33,523 bases of DNA from an uncultured Tangfeifania sp. GTDB lineage: Bacteria; Bacteroidota; Bacteroidia; Bacteroidales; Prolixibacteraceae. The notes under the pieces are model-generated. The model had not been told where the DNA came from, did not search any database, and saw nothing but the letters and a program-made list of their open reading frames with translations. Within the stretch, counting starts at the first letter, position 1. Each line of letters starts with the position of its first letter. This document shows, piece after piece, positions 9,084 to 19,450 of this stretch. The translations under genes and the position numbers were made by a program. The stretch spans positions 1 to 33,523 of the forward strand of contig CAYTDH010000006.1 of NCBI GenBank assembly GCA_964436325.1, given 5' to 3'.

Positions 9084-9502
9084 TAAATGACCAGGGTGTT
9101 GCCCTCTTTTTTTACCGAATAGGTTTTCAAACTGGTTGTTGCAGGTCCCTGTAAAACGGCGCCACTGGTGCTGAATCTTGACCCATGGCAGGGACAGGGC
9201 AATTCACCGTCGTCATGGTTGTACGAAACATCGCACCCCTGGTGTGTACAAACCTTGGAGAGCGCAATGTAGCTGGTTTCTCCGGAGCGGATGACAATGA
9301 TATCCTCTTTGTAAGCAAATCCCCCGACGGTACCAAGTGCCGAATAATCACTATGGTTTAAATCAATGGTGATGTCATCACTGTTTTCTTCATCGTCGAT
9401 GACATCATCGTTACCGTCACTGCAGGAATTGAATAAAACGGGCGCTGTGAGCAAGAGACTTCCGCCAACAGCAAATTTTTTTAAAAACTCTTTTCTTTCC
9501 AT
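9080..9502 (-). CDS. Rieske [2Fe-2S] domain lipoprotein
   Basis: CTHQGC and CPCHGSRF Rieske boxes; Tat-like N-terminus MERKEFLK, hydrophobic core and lipobox LFNS-C. Confidence 0.9.
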   Translation of the reverse strand: MERKEFLKKFAVGGSLLLTAPVLFNSCSDGNDDVIDDEENSDDITIDLNHSDYSALGTVGGFAYKEDIIVIRSGETSYIALSKVCTHQGCDVSYNHDDGELPCPCHGSRFSTSGAVLQGPATTSLKTYSVKKEGNTLVIY

Positions 9503-9504
9503 TT

Positions 9505-10332
9505 TTAATAATATTTAATTCTAAATTCACGAATCAGATTGAATCCAAAAAACAGTGTTCCCTTTGACCAATCGCCGGTTGTCGAGGAATAGAGTCCCTG
9601 CGAAAACATTTGCTGCGAATTGGATAGAATGAGCTGAAACAGATGTCCCCCGGTATCCAGGTCTACTCCAAGGGAGAGTGGATGCGGGGTAGAAAGTTTA
9701 TCACTGAAATGAGGGAGATACTCTAAATTGGCTGTTATGTTGTCCGATAAACGGACTGAACCCGCCAGCCCAAGGGTCATGAATTGAAGGTTTTCTCCTG
9801 CGGTTACCATGTATCCGGTGGAGTGATAACCGGGTGAAACCTGAAACCCGATTTTTCCGAGTGCAGACGCTGCATGCAACTGGATATTCCCCGAAAGTTT
9901 CTCCGAAAACCCGTTATGTGCTTCAGGAAAATAATTTTTTAGCGTCGGGACCGAGCCGGTGGCAGTTGCAACGAGGGTAACCGGAAAAGCAGAAGTCTGT
10001 TGAAGCAAACGTACTTTTCCGTAAGCATCATAAGTCTTCATGAAGGTGCTTCTCCCAAATCCCAGGTTCAGGTTTTTTCCAAAACCATATTCAAATCCCA
10101 TGCGCATGGTGGCCTGGTCAAGGCCGAATAGCTCGTAAAGCCCCCCGTCAATTTCACCAAAACGGTGTTGGATGAATAAAAGAAGTTTTCCTTTTTCTGT
10201 GAGGTTAGCCGACTGCTCGTTCACTAAACGGGTCCCTTGAAAACTGTTGGGGATGATTTCGGGTTCATCCTGTGCTCCTGACTGTAGGATAAAGAAAAGG
10301 AACAGGCAGGTAAGAAATAATTTGTTTTTCAT
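9505..10332 (-). CDS. DUF5777-like outer-membrane beta-barrel protein
   Basis: Signal peptide; FQGTRLVNEQS, IQHRFG, FGLDQATMRMG, LGVDLDTGGHLFQL and FGFNLIREF motifs recalled as typical of DUF5777; aromatic C-terminus. Confidence 0.78.
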   Translation of the reverse strand: MKNKLFLTCLFLFFILQSGAQDEPEIIPNSFQGTRLVNEQSANLTEKGKLLLFIQHRFGEIDGGLYELFGLDQATMRMGFEYGFGKNLNLGFGRSTFMKTYDAYGKVRLLQQTSAFPVTLVATATGSVPTLKNYFPEAHNGFSEKLSGNIQLHAASALGKIGFQVSPGYHSTGYMVTAGENLQFMTLGLAGSVRLSDNITANLEYLPHFSDKLSTPHPLSLGVDLDTGGHLFQLILSNSQQMFSQGLYSSTTGDWSKGTLFFGFNLIREFRIKYY

Positions 10333-10660
10333 TTTAATGATTTTCTGACTATTTGATTTGATTTTATTGAAATTTCCTCTTTATGTTGATATGCAACATT
10401 CATCATTAGTAAGTTGTTTATTTTTTTTCGTTATTAAAATGATATAAATCCCGTTTTTTTTCCCGGGTAGCTTTTCCCCAAAAGGGTCAGGTATTTTCAT
10501 TAGACGGTCACCGGAGGAAAACCTTACTTTTTTCCGGAAATTTTTACCTCATTAAAGTAAAAATGCATGGAATATGCTGTCTATCCGCAAGAAACCTTAT
10601 GAAAAAGGGTTGAAAACGAAAAATGGGTTGTTGGGGATGGTTAAAGACTAAAATAAAAAT

Positions 10661-10668
10661 TAAATTTG
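10661..10668 (+). promoter_or_regulatory. Candidate -7 box (TAAATTTG) for sucAB
   Basis: TAnnTTTG ~80 nt upstream of ATG 10750. Confidence 0.5.
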
Positions 10669-10749
10669 TCTTTCGAATGGGAAGTTTTGATAAACAATAA
10701 AAAAACTGCATTGTTTTCAGTTTTATACGGTTAATTATTTTTGATACTA

Positions 10750-13482
10750 ATGGATAAATTTTCTTCTGTGGGTAATCAGGAACAGGAAACGATTGATGAT
10801 TTATACCAAACGTACCTTGAGGACCCTGAATCGCTGGACAAGAGCTGGCAGCATTTTTTCAACGGATTTGAACTGGCCAGGCAGCAGTATCCCTCCAGGC
10901 CTTCTCCGGTTTCTTCCGGGGAGATCGACAAAGAGTTTGCAATTTTGAATTTAATTCATGGATACCGGCAGCGTGGTCATTTGTTTACGAAAACCAATCC
11001 TGTAAGGGCCCGCCGGAAATATTCACCTACGCTGGATATTGAAAATTTTGGTCTGGAGAAAACAGATTTGGAAACTACTTTTCAGGCGGGGAATAACATC
11101 GGCATTGGTCCTGCCAAACTCAAAGACATTATTGAACACCTTGAGGCCACCTATTGCAATGCCATAGGTGTGGAATATGTTTACATGCGTAATCCTGAGG
11201 TGGTAGCCTGGCTGAGGGACCGTATGGAAAGTACCCGCAACTCCCAGCATTTTACAGACGAAGACCGGATGCATATTTTTTATCACTTAAAATTGGCGGT
11301 GGGTTTTGAAAATTTCATCCATAAAAAGTTTGTCGGGCAAAAGCGCTTTTCCCTGGAAGGGGGTGAAACGCTCATCCCCTCGCTTGATGCGGTGATTGAA
11401 AGGGGAGCAGAACTTGGAATTGAAGAGTTTGTACTTGGCATGTCGCACCGCGGCAGGCTGAATGTGCTGGCCAATATACTGGAAAAGCCTTATGAAAATA
11501 TTTTTAAGGAGTTTTACGGAAAAGAATACGAAGATGATATCCTGCAGGGAGATGTTAAATACCACCTGGGCTACGAAAGTGATGTGGTTACGGATTCCGG
11601 GAAAGAGGTGAAGCTCAAACTGATGCCGAATCCTTCCCATCTGGAGGCGGTTGGTCCCGTGGTGCAGGGAATGGTCCGTTCCAGAATCAGTTCAGTGTAT
11701 GACAACAATTACGACAAAGCAGCAGGGATTATTATCCATGGAGATGCCGCCATTGCTGCCCAGGGGGTTGTTTATGAGGCTATTCAGATGTCGCAGTTAA
11801 ACGGGTATAAAACGGGCGGGACCATCCACCTGGTGATTAACAATCAGGTTGGCTTTACCACGCCTTACCTCGATGCCCGCTCCAGCACCTATTGCACCGA
11901 TGTGGCCAAGGTCACCCGTTCTCCTGTTTTCCATGTGAATGGCGATGATGTAGAGTCATTGATTTTTACCATAAAGCTGGCCCTGGAGTTTCGCCAGAAA
12001 TTCCACAGTGATGTTTTTATTGATATTTTGAGTTATCGTAAATACGGGCACAACGAAGGGGATGAACCCCGTTTTACACAGCCGATGCTTTATAAGGCCA
12101 TTTCAAAACATCCCAATCCGCGGGATATTTATTCCGAGAAGCTAAATGAACTTGGCATAATGAGCAGGGAGGATGCGCGAAAAGCGATTAAGGAGTTTGA
12201 TGAATTTCTCGCCCAAAAGTACACCGCTTCCGAGAAGATTGAAAAACTGAAGATCAGGAAATTCCTGATGAATGAATATGCTCCTTTTAAAATACCGCAA
12301 CCAAATATTCTGGATGAAAAAGTGGATACGGGTCTCAAAAAGGAGTGGTTGATTGAAATCGCTGAAAAAATCAATACCCTTCCCGGTGATCTCGAATTTT
12401 TCAAGAAAGTCCACCGCATTCTTTCCGACAGACGGATGATGATGCTTGACGACCGGCTAGACTGGGCCATGGCTGAATTACTGGCTTACGGTTCTCTTGT
12501 TAGCGAAGGGCACCCTGTTCGTTTGAGCGGCCAGGACACGGAAAGAGGGACCTTTGCCCACCGGCATGCCTCTTTTGTGGTGGAAGGAACCGATGAAAGG
12601 TATTTCCCGCTGAAAAATGTTTTTCCCGATCAGGCGCCTTTTCATGTTTACAATTCGCTGCTATCGGAGTATGCAGTAATGGGGTTTGAATACGGATATG
12701 CCCTGGCCCAGCCCGATGGGTTGACCATTTGGGAGGCACAATTTGGCGATTTTCATAATGTTGCCCAGGTTATCATCGATCAGTATCTTACTTCAGCTTT
12801 CGAAAAGTGGGGGCTGATGAATAACCTGGTATTGTTACTGCCCCATGGATATGAGGGGCAGGGACCAGAACACTCCAGTGCCCGTATTGAGCGGTTTCTG
12901 GAGCAGGTGGCCCATGATAACATGCAGGTTGTGGTGCCAACTACACCCGCAAATATGTTTCATTTGTTGCGGCGGCAGGTGAAGATGAAAACCCGGCTTC
13001 CCCTGGTGGTTTTTACCCCGAAAAGCCTGCTTCGTCACCCCCAGGTTACTTCAACAGTGGAGGAGTTAGCCACAGGAGCTTTTCAGGAAGTTATTGATGA
13101 CCCATACGCCGATACAGCCCTGGTTGAAAAGCTTATTTTTACTACCGGGAGGTTGTATTACGACCTTTCCAAATACCGGCTGGAAAAGGGAATTACCAAC
13201 GTTGCCATAGTGCGGCTTGAGCAAATATATCCTTTACCTGCCGGCCAGATTGAAGGAATTTTAAAAAAATACAACCACACCCAGTTGATTTGGGCCCAGG
13301 ATGAACCTGAAAATATGGGTGCATGGCCCATGATAAACCGTACTCTTGGGGGAGCCGGGTTTAAGCTTGTATCTCGCCCGGAGAGTGCCAGTCCGGCCTC
13401 GGGACTGATGGAGAAGCACAGGCAAAGTCTGCAAGAAATGCTGGATGCCCTGTTTCCCGAGAAAGAAGTTATTCCTTCCTGA
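10750..13482 (+). CDS. sucA: 2-oxoglutarate dehydrogenase E1
   Basis: GQKRFSLEG, GMSHRGRLNVL, GDVKYHLG, NPSHLE, HGDAA..QG (TPP binding), GHNEGDEP, RLSGQD, WEAQFGDF and HGYEGQGPEHSSARIERFL. Start at ATG 10750. Confidence 0.97.
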   Translation: MDKFSSVGNQEQETIDDLYQTYLEDPESLDKSWQHFFNGFELARQQYPSRPSPVSSGEIDKEFAILNLIHGYRQRGHLFTKTNPVRARRKYSPTLDIENFGLEKTDLETTFQAGNNIGIGPAKLKDIIEHLEATYCNAIGVEYVYMRNPEVVAWLRDRMESTRNSQHFTDEDRMHIFYHLKLAVGFENFIHKKFVGQKRFSLEGGETLIPSLDAVIERGAELGIEEFVLGMSHRGRLNVLANILEKPYENIFKEFYGKEYEDDILQGDVKYHLGYESDVVTDSGKEVKLKLMPNPSHLEAVGPVVQGMVRSRISSVYDNNYDKAAGIIIHGDAAIAAQGVVYEAIQMSQLNGYKTGGTIHLVINNQVGFTTPYLDARSSTYCTDVAKVTRSPVFHVNGDDVESLIFTIKLALEFRQKFHSDVFIDILSYRKYGHNEGDEPRFTQPMLYKAISKHPNPRDIYSEKLNELGIMSREDARKAIKEFDEFLAQKYTASEKIEKLKIRKFLMNEYAPFKIPQPNILDEKVDTGLKKEWLIEIAEKINTLPGDLEFFKKVHRILSDRRMMMLDDRLDWAMAELLAYGSLVSEGHPVRLSGQDTERGTFAHRHASFVVEGTDERYFPLKNVFPDQAPFHVYNSLLSEYAVMGFEYGYALAQPDGLTIWEAQFGDFHNVAQVIIDQYLTSAFEKWGLMNNLVLLLPHGYEGQGPEHSSARIERFLEQVAHDNMQVVVPTTPANMFHLLRRQVKMKTRLPLVVFTPKSLLRHPQVTSTVEELATGAFQEVIDDPYADTALVEKLIFTTGRLYYDLSKYRLEKGITNVAIVRLEQIYPLPAGQIEGILKKYNHTQLIWAQDEPENMGAWPMINRTLGGAGFKLVSRPESASPASGLMEKHRQSLQEMLDALFPEKEVIPS

Positions 13483-13509
13483 CCCTGAATAAATAAAAAA
13501 ATCGAAACA

Positions 13510-14784
13510 ATGATAGTAGAAGTGAAAGTTCCCAGTCCGGGAGAATCGATAACCGAAGTTGAAATTGGCAGTTGGCTCGTGGAAAACGGTGCAGTTGTGG
13601 AAAAAGACCAGGAAATTGCCGAAGTGGAATCCGACAAAGCCACTCTGACCATTGTTGCCAGTGACGCCGGGAAAGTTGAACTAAAGGCCGAAGAAGGCGA
13701 AGTGATTGAAGTTGGCGCTGTGGTTTGCACCATTGATACCAGCGTTGCTCCGGAGGCAAAAAAGGAGGAGGAAACAAACGACGAAGAAATGGACATGCCG
13801 GTTGCTGAAAAGAAAGAGGCTGAATCTCCGGCTGAAGAAAAGCAGTCAACGCCGGAAGAAGATGTGAAAAAGCCGGAGGAGTATGATCAGGTTAAGGTAA
13901 CCCCTGTTGCAAAGGCATTAATGAAAGAGAAAGGATTATCGGTAGAGGATGTTATCAACGGACTCAAGCGACTGGGCAAAAAGGAGGTGGAAGCCAGTGG
14001 GAATGCTCCCGGTCTGCAGAAAGGAGAGCCTCCAGTTCCTTCCCGCACCATTTCGCGTGAAGTTGACCGGAAACGAATGACTTCGCTGCGCCGGAAACTG
14101 AGCGAGCGCATGGTTTCGGTGAAAAATGAAACCGCGATGCTCACCACTTTCAATGAGCTGGATATGAGTAGTGTGATGGCTATGCGGAAAAAGTACCAGC
14201 CTCAGTTTGTGGAGAAACATGGCTTTAAGCTTGGGTTTATGTCTTTTTTTACCAAAGCTGTGGCCCTTGCTATGGATTTTCATCCTATGGTGAATGCCCA
14301 GATTGACGGGGATGAAATTCTTGCACCCCGGTTTGTGGATGTGGGAATTGCCGTATCTACTCCTAAAGGACTTATGGTTCCTGTGGTGCGTAATGCTGAA
14401 AGCAAAACCATTCCCAAGATAGAACTCGAAATCAAAGAGTTGGCAGAGAAAGCCCGCAATAAAAAAATTTCAGTTGAAGAACTGAGCGGAGGAACTTTTA
14501 CCATTACCAACGGAGGGGTTTTTGGCTCTTTGCTTTCCACACCTATCATCAATCCACCCCAATCGGCGATTCTCGGCATGCATAATATTGTGGAAAGACC
14601 GGTTGCTGTTAACGGGGAAGTGGTTATCCGGCCCATGATGTACATTGCCCTCTCATATGATCACCGTATCATTGATGGCAAGGATTCGGTGGGGTTCCTG
14701 GTTAAAATTAAGGAGATGCTCGAAAACCCCGACCGCCTGTTTACCGGCGGCCAGGAACCCGGGCGTCTTTTACTGGAGATTTAA
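13510..14784 (+). CDS. sucB: 2-oxoglutarate dehydrogenase E2 (dihydrolipoamide succinyltransferase)
   Basis: Lipoyl domain EVESDKAT, acidic linker, [23 protein letters not shown] and [10 protein letters not shown]. Confidence 0.97.
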   Translation: MIVEVKVPSPGESITEVEIGSWLVENGAVVEKDQEIAEVESDKATLTIVASDAGKVELKAEEGEVIEVGAVVCTIDTSVAPEAKKEEETNDEEMDMPVAEKKEAESPAEEKQSTPEEDVKKPEEYDQVKVTPVAKALMKEKGLSVEDVINGLKRLGKKEVEASGNAPGLQKGEPPVPSRTISREVDRKRMTSLRRKLSERMVSVKNETAMLTTFNELDMSSVMAMRKKYQPQFVEKHGFKLGFMSFFTKAVALAMDFHPMVNAQIDGDEILAPRFVDVGIAVSTPKGLMVPVVRNAESKTIPKIELEIKELAEKARNKKISVEELSGGTFTITNGGVFGSLLSTPIINPPQSAILGMHNIVERPVAVNGEVVIRPMMYIALSYDHRIIDGKDSVGFLVKIKEMLENPDRLFTGGQEPGRLLLEI

Positions 14785-15779
14785 ACGTGTACCATCATTT
14801 TGCCTTTGTTGACACCATCAAATAGCCCCATAAAGGCTTCAGGGATTTTTTCAAATCCCTCCACGATGGTTTCCTGGTTTTTCAGTTTTCCTTCCTGGAA
14901 CCATGTGGTCAGTTTTTGAATGGCTTCAGGAAACTTTGGAGCAAAATCATGGACGATGAATCCCTGCATAAGTGCTCTGTTGACAAGCAAAACCGATTGC
15001 AACCGCGGACCTGTGGTGATGCGTGTTTCGTTGTACTGCGAAATGGCCCCGCAAATAATGATCCGGGCAAAAGTGTTGATATTCATGATAACGCCGTCAG
15101 ATATTTCGCCTCCCACATTGTCGAAGTAAATATCTACTCCTGAGGGACAGGCTTTTGCGATGGATTTCCGGATGTTTTTAGCTGTTTTATAGTTAATGGC
15201 TTCGTCGAAGCCAAAGGTTGTTTTTAGCATTTCAGTTTTTTGGTCGCTTCCGGCGATACCAACCACCCGGCATCCCATCATTCTTCCGATTTGACCAGCG
15301 ACACTTCCAACGGCCCCTGCAGCACCTGAAACTACGAGGGTCTCACCCTTCCGGGGGCGGCCGATCTCCAAAAGTCCCAGATAGGCTGTTAAACCAGGCA
15401 TGCCCAGTATTCCCTGATAGGCTGACAAAGGAGCAACTTCCGGATCAACACGGGTTAAGCCTTTCCCTTTGCTGGTTTGATATTCTGACCAGTTCAGGGT
15501 TCCTGAAACAAAATCGCCGGGTTTGAATGCAGAATTCCGGGATTCGATCACTTCGGCGACAACCCCGGAATGCATGGGCTCTCCGGTTTTTAAAGGAGCT
15601 ACATACGATTTGGTGGTGTTCATTCGACCGCGTAAATAGGGGTCTACAGAAACATAATGTGTTTTAAGGAGGATTTCACCGTTTTCCGGAGCGGGTACCG
15701 AAACTTCTTCGAAACTGAAACATTCAGAAGTTGGTCTTCCGGCAGGGCGTTTTTCGAAAAGGATGGTTCTTGTTTGCAT
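14781..15779 (-). CDS. NADP-dependent MDR oxidoreductase (CurA/YncB, prostaglandin-reductase-like), 332 aa
   Basis: [51 protein letters not shown] and G.N.GKM. True start at ATG 15779 ([12 protein letters not shown]); the ORF-track extension overlaps the next gene. Confidence 0.93.
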   Translation of the reverse strand: MQTRTILFEKRPAGRPTSECFSFEEVSVPAPENGEILLKTHYVSVDPYLRGRMNTTKSYVAPLKTGEPMHSGVVAEVIESRNSAFKPGDFVSGTLNWSEYQTSKGKGLTRVDPEVAPLSAYQGILGMPGLTAYLGLLEIGRPRKGETLVVSGAAGAVGSVAGQIGRMMGCRVVGIAGSDQKTEMLKTTFGFDEAINYKTAKNIRKSIAKACPSGVDIYFDNVGGEISDGVIMNINTFARIIICGAISQYNETRITTGPRLQSVLLVNRALMQGFIVHDFAPKFPEAIQKLTTWFQEGKLKNQETIVEGFEKIPEAFMGLFDGVNKGKMMVHV

Positions 15780-15838
15780 ATCGTCATTCTTAACAATTGA
15801 TTCTGATGGGTGTTTGGAATAATTCCGGAGATTTTCTT

Positions 15839-16237
15839 TCATTTCAGCCATTTTCGGTGAACTCCATAACCCACAATGAATATCAGCGTGAAAATGGCAT
15901 TGGTCACCGAAAAAGCCTGCCAGTCGATCCAGAGAGCGGGAAGAAAAAGAATAGCCAATTGGGAAAAGAGGTAAAGAAAGAGGCCGTCGCGGTGTAACTT
16001 CCACATGCGGATAGCTCCTGTCAGGGAAAGGGCATAAAGGGTCATCAGGATGGTGAAAAAAAGAGGCGAAACAGCTGCCGCTGAATGCCAGGAAGATAGC
16101 CGGATGATGATTTCCTGCGTTTTATCAAAAAAGAGGGCGGCTGCAAAATAAGCCAGGAATGCCACTCCGCTACCAATGAAGGTGAGAATGCACAAAGCAC
16201 TCAAAAATGCGGGTCTTTTTCCGGTTTTTTCGTTCAT
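15839..16237 (-). CDS. Small integral membrane protein (about 4 TM helices), function unknown
   Basis: RPAFLSALCILTFIGSG N-terminus, GAIRMWKL..G..LY motif and four hydrophobic stretches. Confidence 0.8.
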   Translation of the reverse strand: MNEKTGKRPAFLSALCILTFIGSGVAFLAYFAAALFFDKTQEIIIRLSSWHSAAAVSPLFFTILMTLYALSLTGAIRMWKLHRDGLFLYLFSQLAILFLPALWIDWQAFSVTNAIFTLIFIVGYGVHRKWLK

Positions 16238-16298
16238 TCTATTTGTTTTTAGCGGTGACCTTTATTTTTGATCTAAAGATCCCCTGCTGTTAAATGTT

Positions 16299-16306
16299 CA
16301 AAAATA
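16299..16306 (-). promoter_or_regulatory. Candidate -7 box (TATTTTTG) for the membrane-protein/oxidoreductase unit
   Basis: TAnnTTTG on the minus strand ~60 nt upstream of ATG 16237, divergent from the glyA box. Confidence 0.45.
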
Positions 16307-16353
16307 ATGAGATTTTCCCGGGTTTCTCAACAAAATGACGGTTTAAAATGTAT

Positions 16354-16361
16354 TACCTTTG
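16354..16361 (+). promoter_or_regulatory. -7 box (TACCTTTG) for glyA
   Basis: TAnnTTTG ~20 nt upstream of the ATG; it contains the TTG that the ORF track used as a start. Confidence 0.6.
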
Positions 16362-16382
16362 ACAGCAATAAATAATATGGAG

Positions 16383-17663
16383 ATGAAACGAGATACAACG
16401 GTTTTTGATATTATCCGGAAAGAACGCGAGCGTCAGCTAAACGGAATTGAGTTGATTGCATCTGAAAATTTTGTAAGCGATCAGGTATTGGAGGCCATGG
16501 GATCGGTCATGACCAACAAATATGCTGAGGGATACCCTGGGCGCCGGTACTACGGGGGGTGTCAGTTTGTAGATCAAACCGAGCAGCTCGCCATTGAACG
16601 GATAAAAGAGTTGTATCATGCAGAATGGGCAAATGTGCAGCCCCATTCCGGAGCTCAGGCCAATCAGGCTGTATTGAGTGTGATTTTAAAGCCCGGAGAT
16701 ACTTTTCTTGGCCTTGATTTGTCGCATGGGGGCCACCTTTCCCACGGATCTCCCGTAAATTCTTCCGGGATTTTATACAACCCCGTGGCATACCGTGTAA
16801 AAGAAGATTCGGGATTAGTTGATTACGAGGAGATGGAAGCCCTTGCCCGGGAACATAAACCCAAATTGATTATCGGTGGAGCTTCGGCCTACAGCCGTGA
16901 ATGGGACTATGAGCGGATGCGTGCTATTGCTGATAGTGTGGGAGCTCTTTTGATGGTTGATATGGCCCATCCCGCCGGATTGATTGCTGCTGAATTGCTC
17001 GATAACCCGGTAAAATATGCGCATGTGGTTACTTCTACGACCCACAAGACATTGCGCGGCCCAAGGGGAGGGATTATACTCATGGGCAAAGATTTTGAAA
17101 ATCCATGGGGCATCGCAACCCGTAAAGGAGTGATCCGGAAAATGTCATCTTTGTTTGATTCCGCTGTTTTTCCCGGCCAGCAGGGGGGACCGCTGGAACA
17201 TGTGATCGCCTCAAAGGCAGTAGCATTTGGTGAAGCCCTGGCTCCTGAATTTAAGGAATATCAGGAACAAGTCGTTAAGAATGCACGAACCATGGCCAGG
17301 GCCTTTATGGATATGGGCTATCATGTTATTTCCGGGGGGACCGACAATCACTCCATGCTGATTGACTTGCGGACAAAATATCCGGGGATAACCGGTAAAC
17401 AGGTGGAAAATACTCTGGTACAAGCTGATATTACCGTAAACAAGAATATGGTGCCTTTCGACAGCCGTTCACCCTTCCAGACCTCAGGACTCCGTCTGGG
17501 TACCCCGGCCATTACTACACGTGGGGTGAAGGAAGACCTCATGCCGTTGATTGCCCAGTTGATCGACGATGTGATCGGAAACATCGAAGATGAAAATACC
17601 CTTAAGGCAGTGGGGGAAAAAGTACATGAAATGATGCACGATTATCCGCTTTTTGCCTATTGA
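16383..17663 (+). CDS. glyA: Serine hydroxymethyltransferase
   Basis: [49 protein letters not shown] (PLP Lys) and SGLRLGTPA. Start at ATG 16383 (alternative 16377). Confidence 0.97.
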   Translation: MKRDTTVFDIIRKERERQLNGIELIASENFVSDQVLEAMGSVMTNKYAEGYPGRRYYGGCQFVDQTEQLAIERIKELYHAEWANVQPHSGAQANQAVLSVILKPGDTFLGLDLSHGGHLSHGSPVNSSGILYNPVAYRVKEDSGLVDYEEMEALAREHKPKLIIGGASAYSREWDYERMRAIADSVGALLMVDMAHPAGLIAAELLDNPVKYAHVVTSTTHKTLRGPRGGIILMGKDFENPWGIATRKGVIRKMSSLFDSAVFPGQQGGPLEHVIASKAVAFGEALAPEFKEYQEQVVKNARTMARAFMDMGYHVISGGTDNHSMLIDLRTKYPGITGKQVENTLVQADITVNKNMVPFDSRSPFQTSGLRLGTPAITTRGVKEDLMPLIAQLIDDVIGNIEDENTLKAVGEKVHEMMHDYPLFAY

Positions 17664-17717
17664 TTGAACAGCCCTGTGTTTTTAACGTAAACTGAATTTG
17701 AAGGACGGCCCAATTTA

Positions 17718-18473
17718 ATGGAATGGTATTACATACCCGCACTTATTGGAACCGGCCTGGCAGCGGGTTTTATTAATACAACCGCTGGCGGGGGTTCTAT
17801 GCTGGCATTGCCTGTACTCATGTTTCTGGGACTTCCGGCTAACGTGGCCAACGGGACCAACCGGATTGCCATATTGCTTCAGAATGTGATTGGAGTGAAT
17901 ACCTTCCGTCAAAAGAAGGTTTTCAATATAAAAACAGATTCGCACCTTGTTATACCTGCTGTTGGAGGTGCCCTGGCCGGAGCTTTTTTTGCCGTTGAGA
18001 TTGATCCCCGCTTGCTCGAAAAGATTATTGCCGGCCTTATGGTCCTGATGCTGCTCATCGTTGTGGCCAAACCCGATGTCTGGGTGAAGGAGCATGCCGG
18101 AGAAGTGGATTCAAAACCTACCCTTTTTCAATACATCATTTTTTTCTTCATCGGTCTCTATGGCGGATTTATACAGATGGGTGTCGGGTTTTTTCTTCTG
18201 GCGGGCCTCGTGCTAGGCAGTGGCTATGATTTGGTAAAAGCAAATGCCGTTAAGGTATTTATTGTATTGATTTATACCGTTTTTACGCTCGGTATCTTTA
18301 TGGTTCACGGGCAGGTAAACTGGCTGGCAGGGCTAATCCTGGCCGCAGGCAATATGGTTGGAGCCTGGCTTGGAGCCCATTTTACGGTTAAGGGAGGTGC
18401 CCGGTATGTGCGTTATGTTTTGATGGCTGCGCTGATTCTTGTCATATTAAATTTGTTTGGAGTTTTTGGCTAA
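17718..18473 (+). CDS. TauE/SafE (sulfite exporter, TSUP) family membrane protein
   Basis: AGFINTTAGGGSML.LP.L.FLGLP..VANGTNR and GLYGGFIQMGVG motifs; multiple TM helices. Confidence 0.9.
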   Translation: MEWYYIPALIGTGLAAGFINTTAGGGSMLALPVLMFLGLPANVANGTNRIAILLQNVIGVNTFRQKKVFNIKTDSHLVIPAVGGALAGAFFAVEIDPRLLEKIIAGLMVLMLLIVVAKPDVWVKEHAGEVDSKPTLFQYIIFFFIGLYGGFIQMGVGFFLLAGLVLGSGYDLVKANAVKVFIVLIYTVFTLGIFMVHGQVNWLAGLILAAGNMVGAWLGAHFTVKGGARYVRYVLMAALILVILNLFGVFG

Positions 18474-18482
18474 AATGGAGTT

Positions 18483-19400
18483 ATGGGGAAAAAACACCGG
18501 GAAAAAATAGCCGTTACTGTTGTTACCGGTTTTCTGGGGTCCGGTAAGACCACCTTTATTAACCGCATTTTGAAAGCACATCCCGAAACACAGTTTGCCC
18601 TGGTGGAAAATGAATTTGGTGATGTTTCCATTGATACCAGCTTGATTCGCGGACTGGATGTTGGCCACTTGTTTGAATTAAAGCAGGGGTGTATTTGCTG
18701 TACCATTACTAATGAATATGAGGGTGTTCTTCAGGAACTTGCCGAACGGTTTCCCAACGTGGAACACCTGTTGATTGAAACCACCGGAATTGCAGATCCC
18801 GTTTCTGTTATTCAGCCTTTTTTCCGTGATCCCGGACTAAGAGACATTTATTCATGGAACGGCTGTCTTTGTTTGGTGGATGCGCTTCATTTTGAAGGCC
18901 ATCCGGAGCAAAAAATCCTTCATAAGCAGATCGCTGTTGCCGATGAGGTTATCATTACCAAGGCTGAAAAACTGACTGAACAAAAAAAGAGCGCGTTTCA
19001 AAATCATATTCAGGCGCTGAATCCCCTGATTCCATTATTTTTTAGCGATGATATCACTTTTTCCGGGCACCTGGGAGTGAAAAACATGAATTCCATTGCC
19101 CCTTTTGGGGAAATTTCTTCTGCCGAACACCTGCATTACGGAATCGAATCCAGGAGAATAACGGTGAACGGGGCACTCATTAAGGAAGAATTTGTCCGTA
19201 AACTGGAATACAACCTCGATGTTTACAAAAATGAAATCTACCGAATCAAGGGCATTCTCTGTTTTGAAGATGAGTTGTATGAAACCATCCTGCAAGGGGT
19301 AGGAGGGAGCTTTGAATTGACCGAAAGCGATCACTTAATCGGGAATTGTCTGTCTGAAATCGTGCTCATCGGCAGGAATCTGCCTGAGGATATTTTTTAA
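18483..19400 (+). CDS. COG0523/CobW-family G3E GTPase (metallochaperone)
   Basis: VTGFLGSGKTT Walker A, ENEFG, GCICC metal motif, IETTGIADP, QIAVAD and C-terminal YRIKG. Confidence 0.92.
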   Translation: MGKKHREKIAVTVVTGFLGSGKTTFINRILKAHPETQFALVENEFGDVSIDTSLIRGLDVGHLFELKQGCICCTITNEYEGVLQELAERFPNVEHLLIETTGIADPVSVIQPFFRDPGLRDIYSWNGCLCLVDALHFEGHPEQKILHKQIAVADEVIITKAEKLTEQKKSAFQNHIQALNPLIPLFFSDDITFSGHLGVKNMNSIAPFGEISSAEHLHYGIESRRITVNGALIKEEFVRKLEYNLDVYKNEIYRIKGILCFEDELYETILQGVGGSFELTESDHLIGNCLSEIVLIGRNLPEDIF

Positions 19401-19450
19401 AATTCCATTGTGACCATCCTTTTCTTGTTTTCTGTGAAAAAAAATCTCTA

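Noticed and set aside
10383..10399. ATGTTG-N5-CAACAT palindrome upstream of the DUF5777-like gene
   Set aside because: Single 6-bp arm pair with no second copy and no regulator in the window; cannot be supported as an operator.
10750..14784. Absence of the E3 (lpdA) gene next to sucAB
   Set aside because: E3 is commonly shared and encoded elsewhere; not unusual.
15780..16004. N-terminal extension of the oxidoreductase in the ORF track
   Set aside because: Overlaps the membrane-protein gene on the same strand; family similarity begins at ATG 15779.
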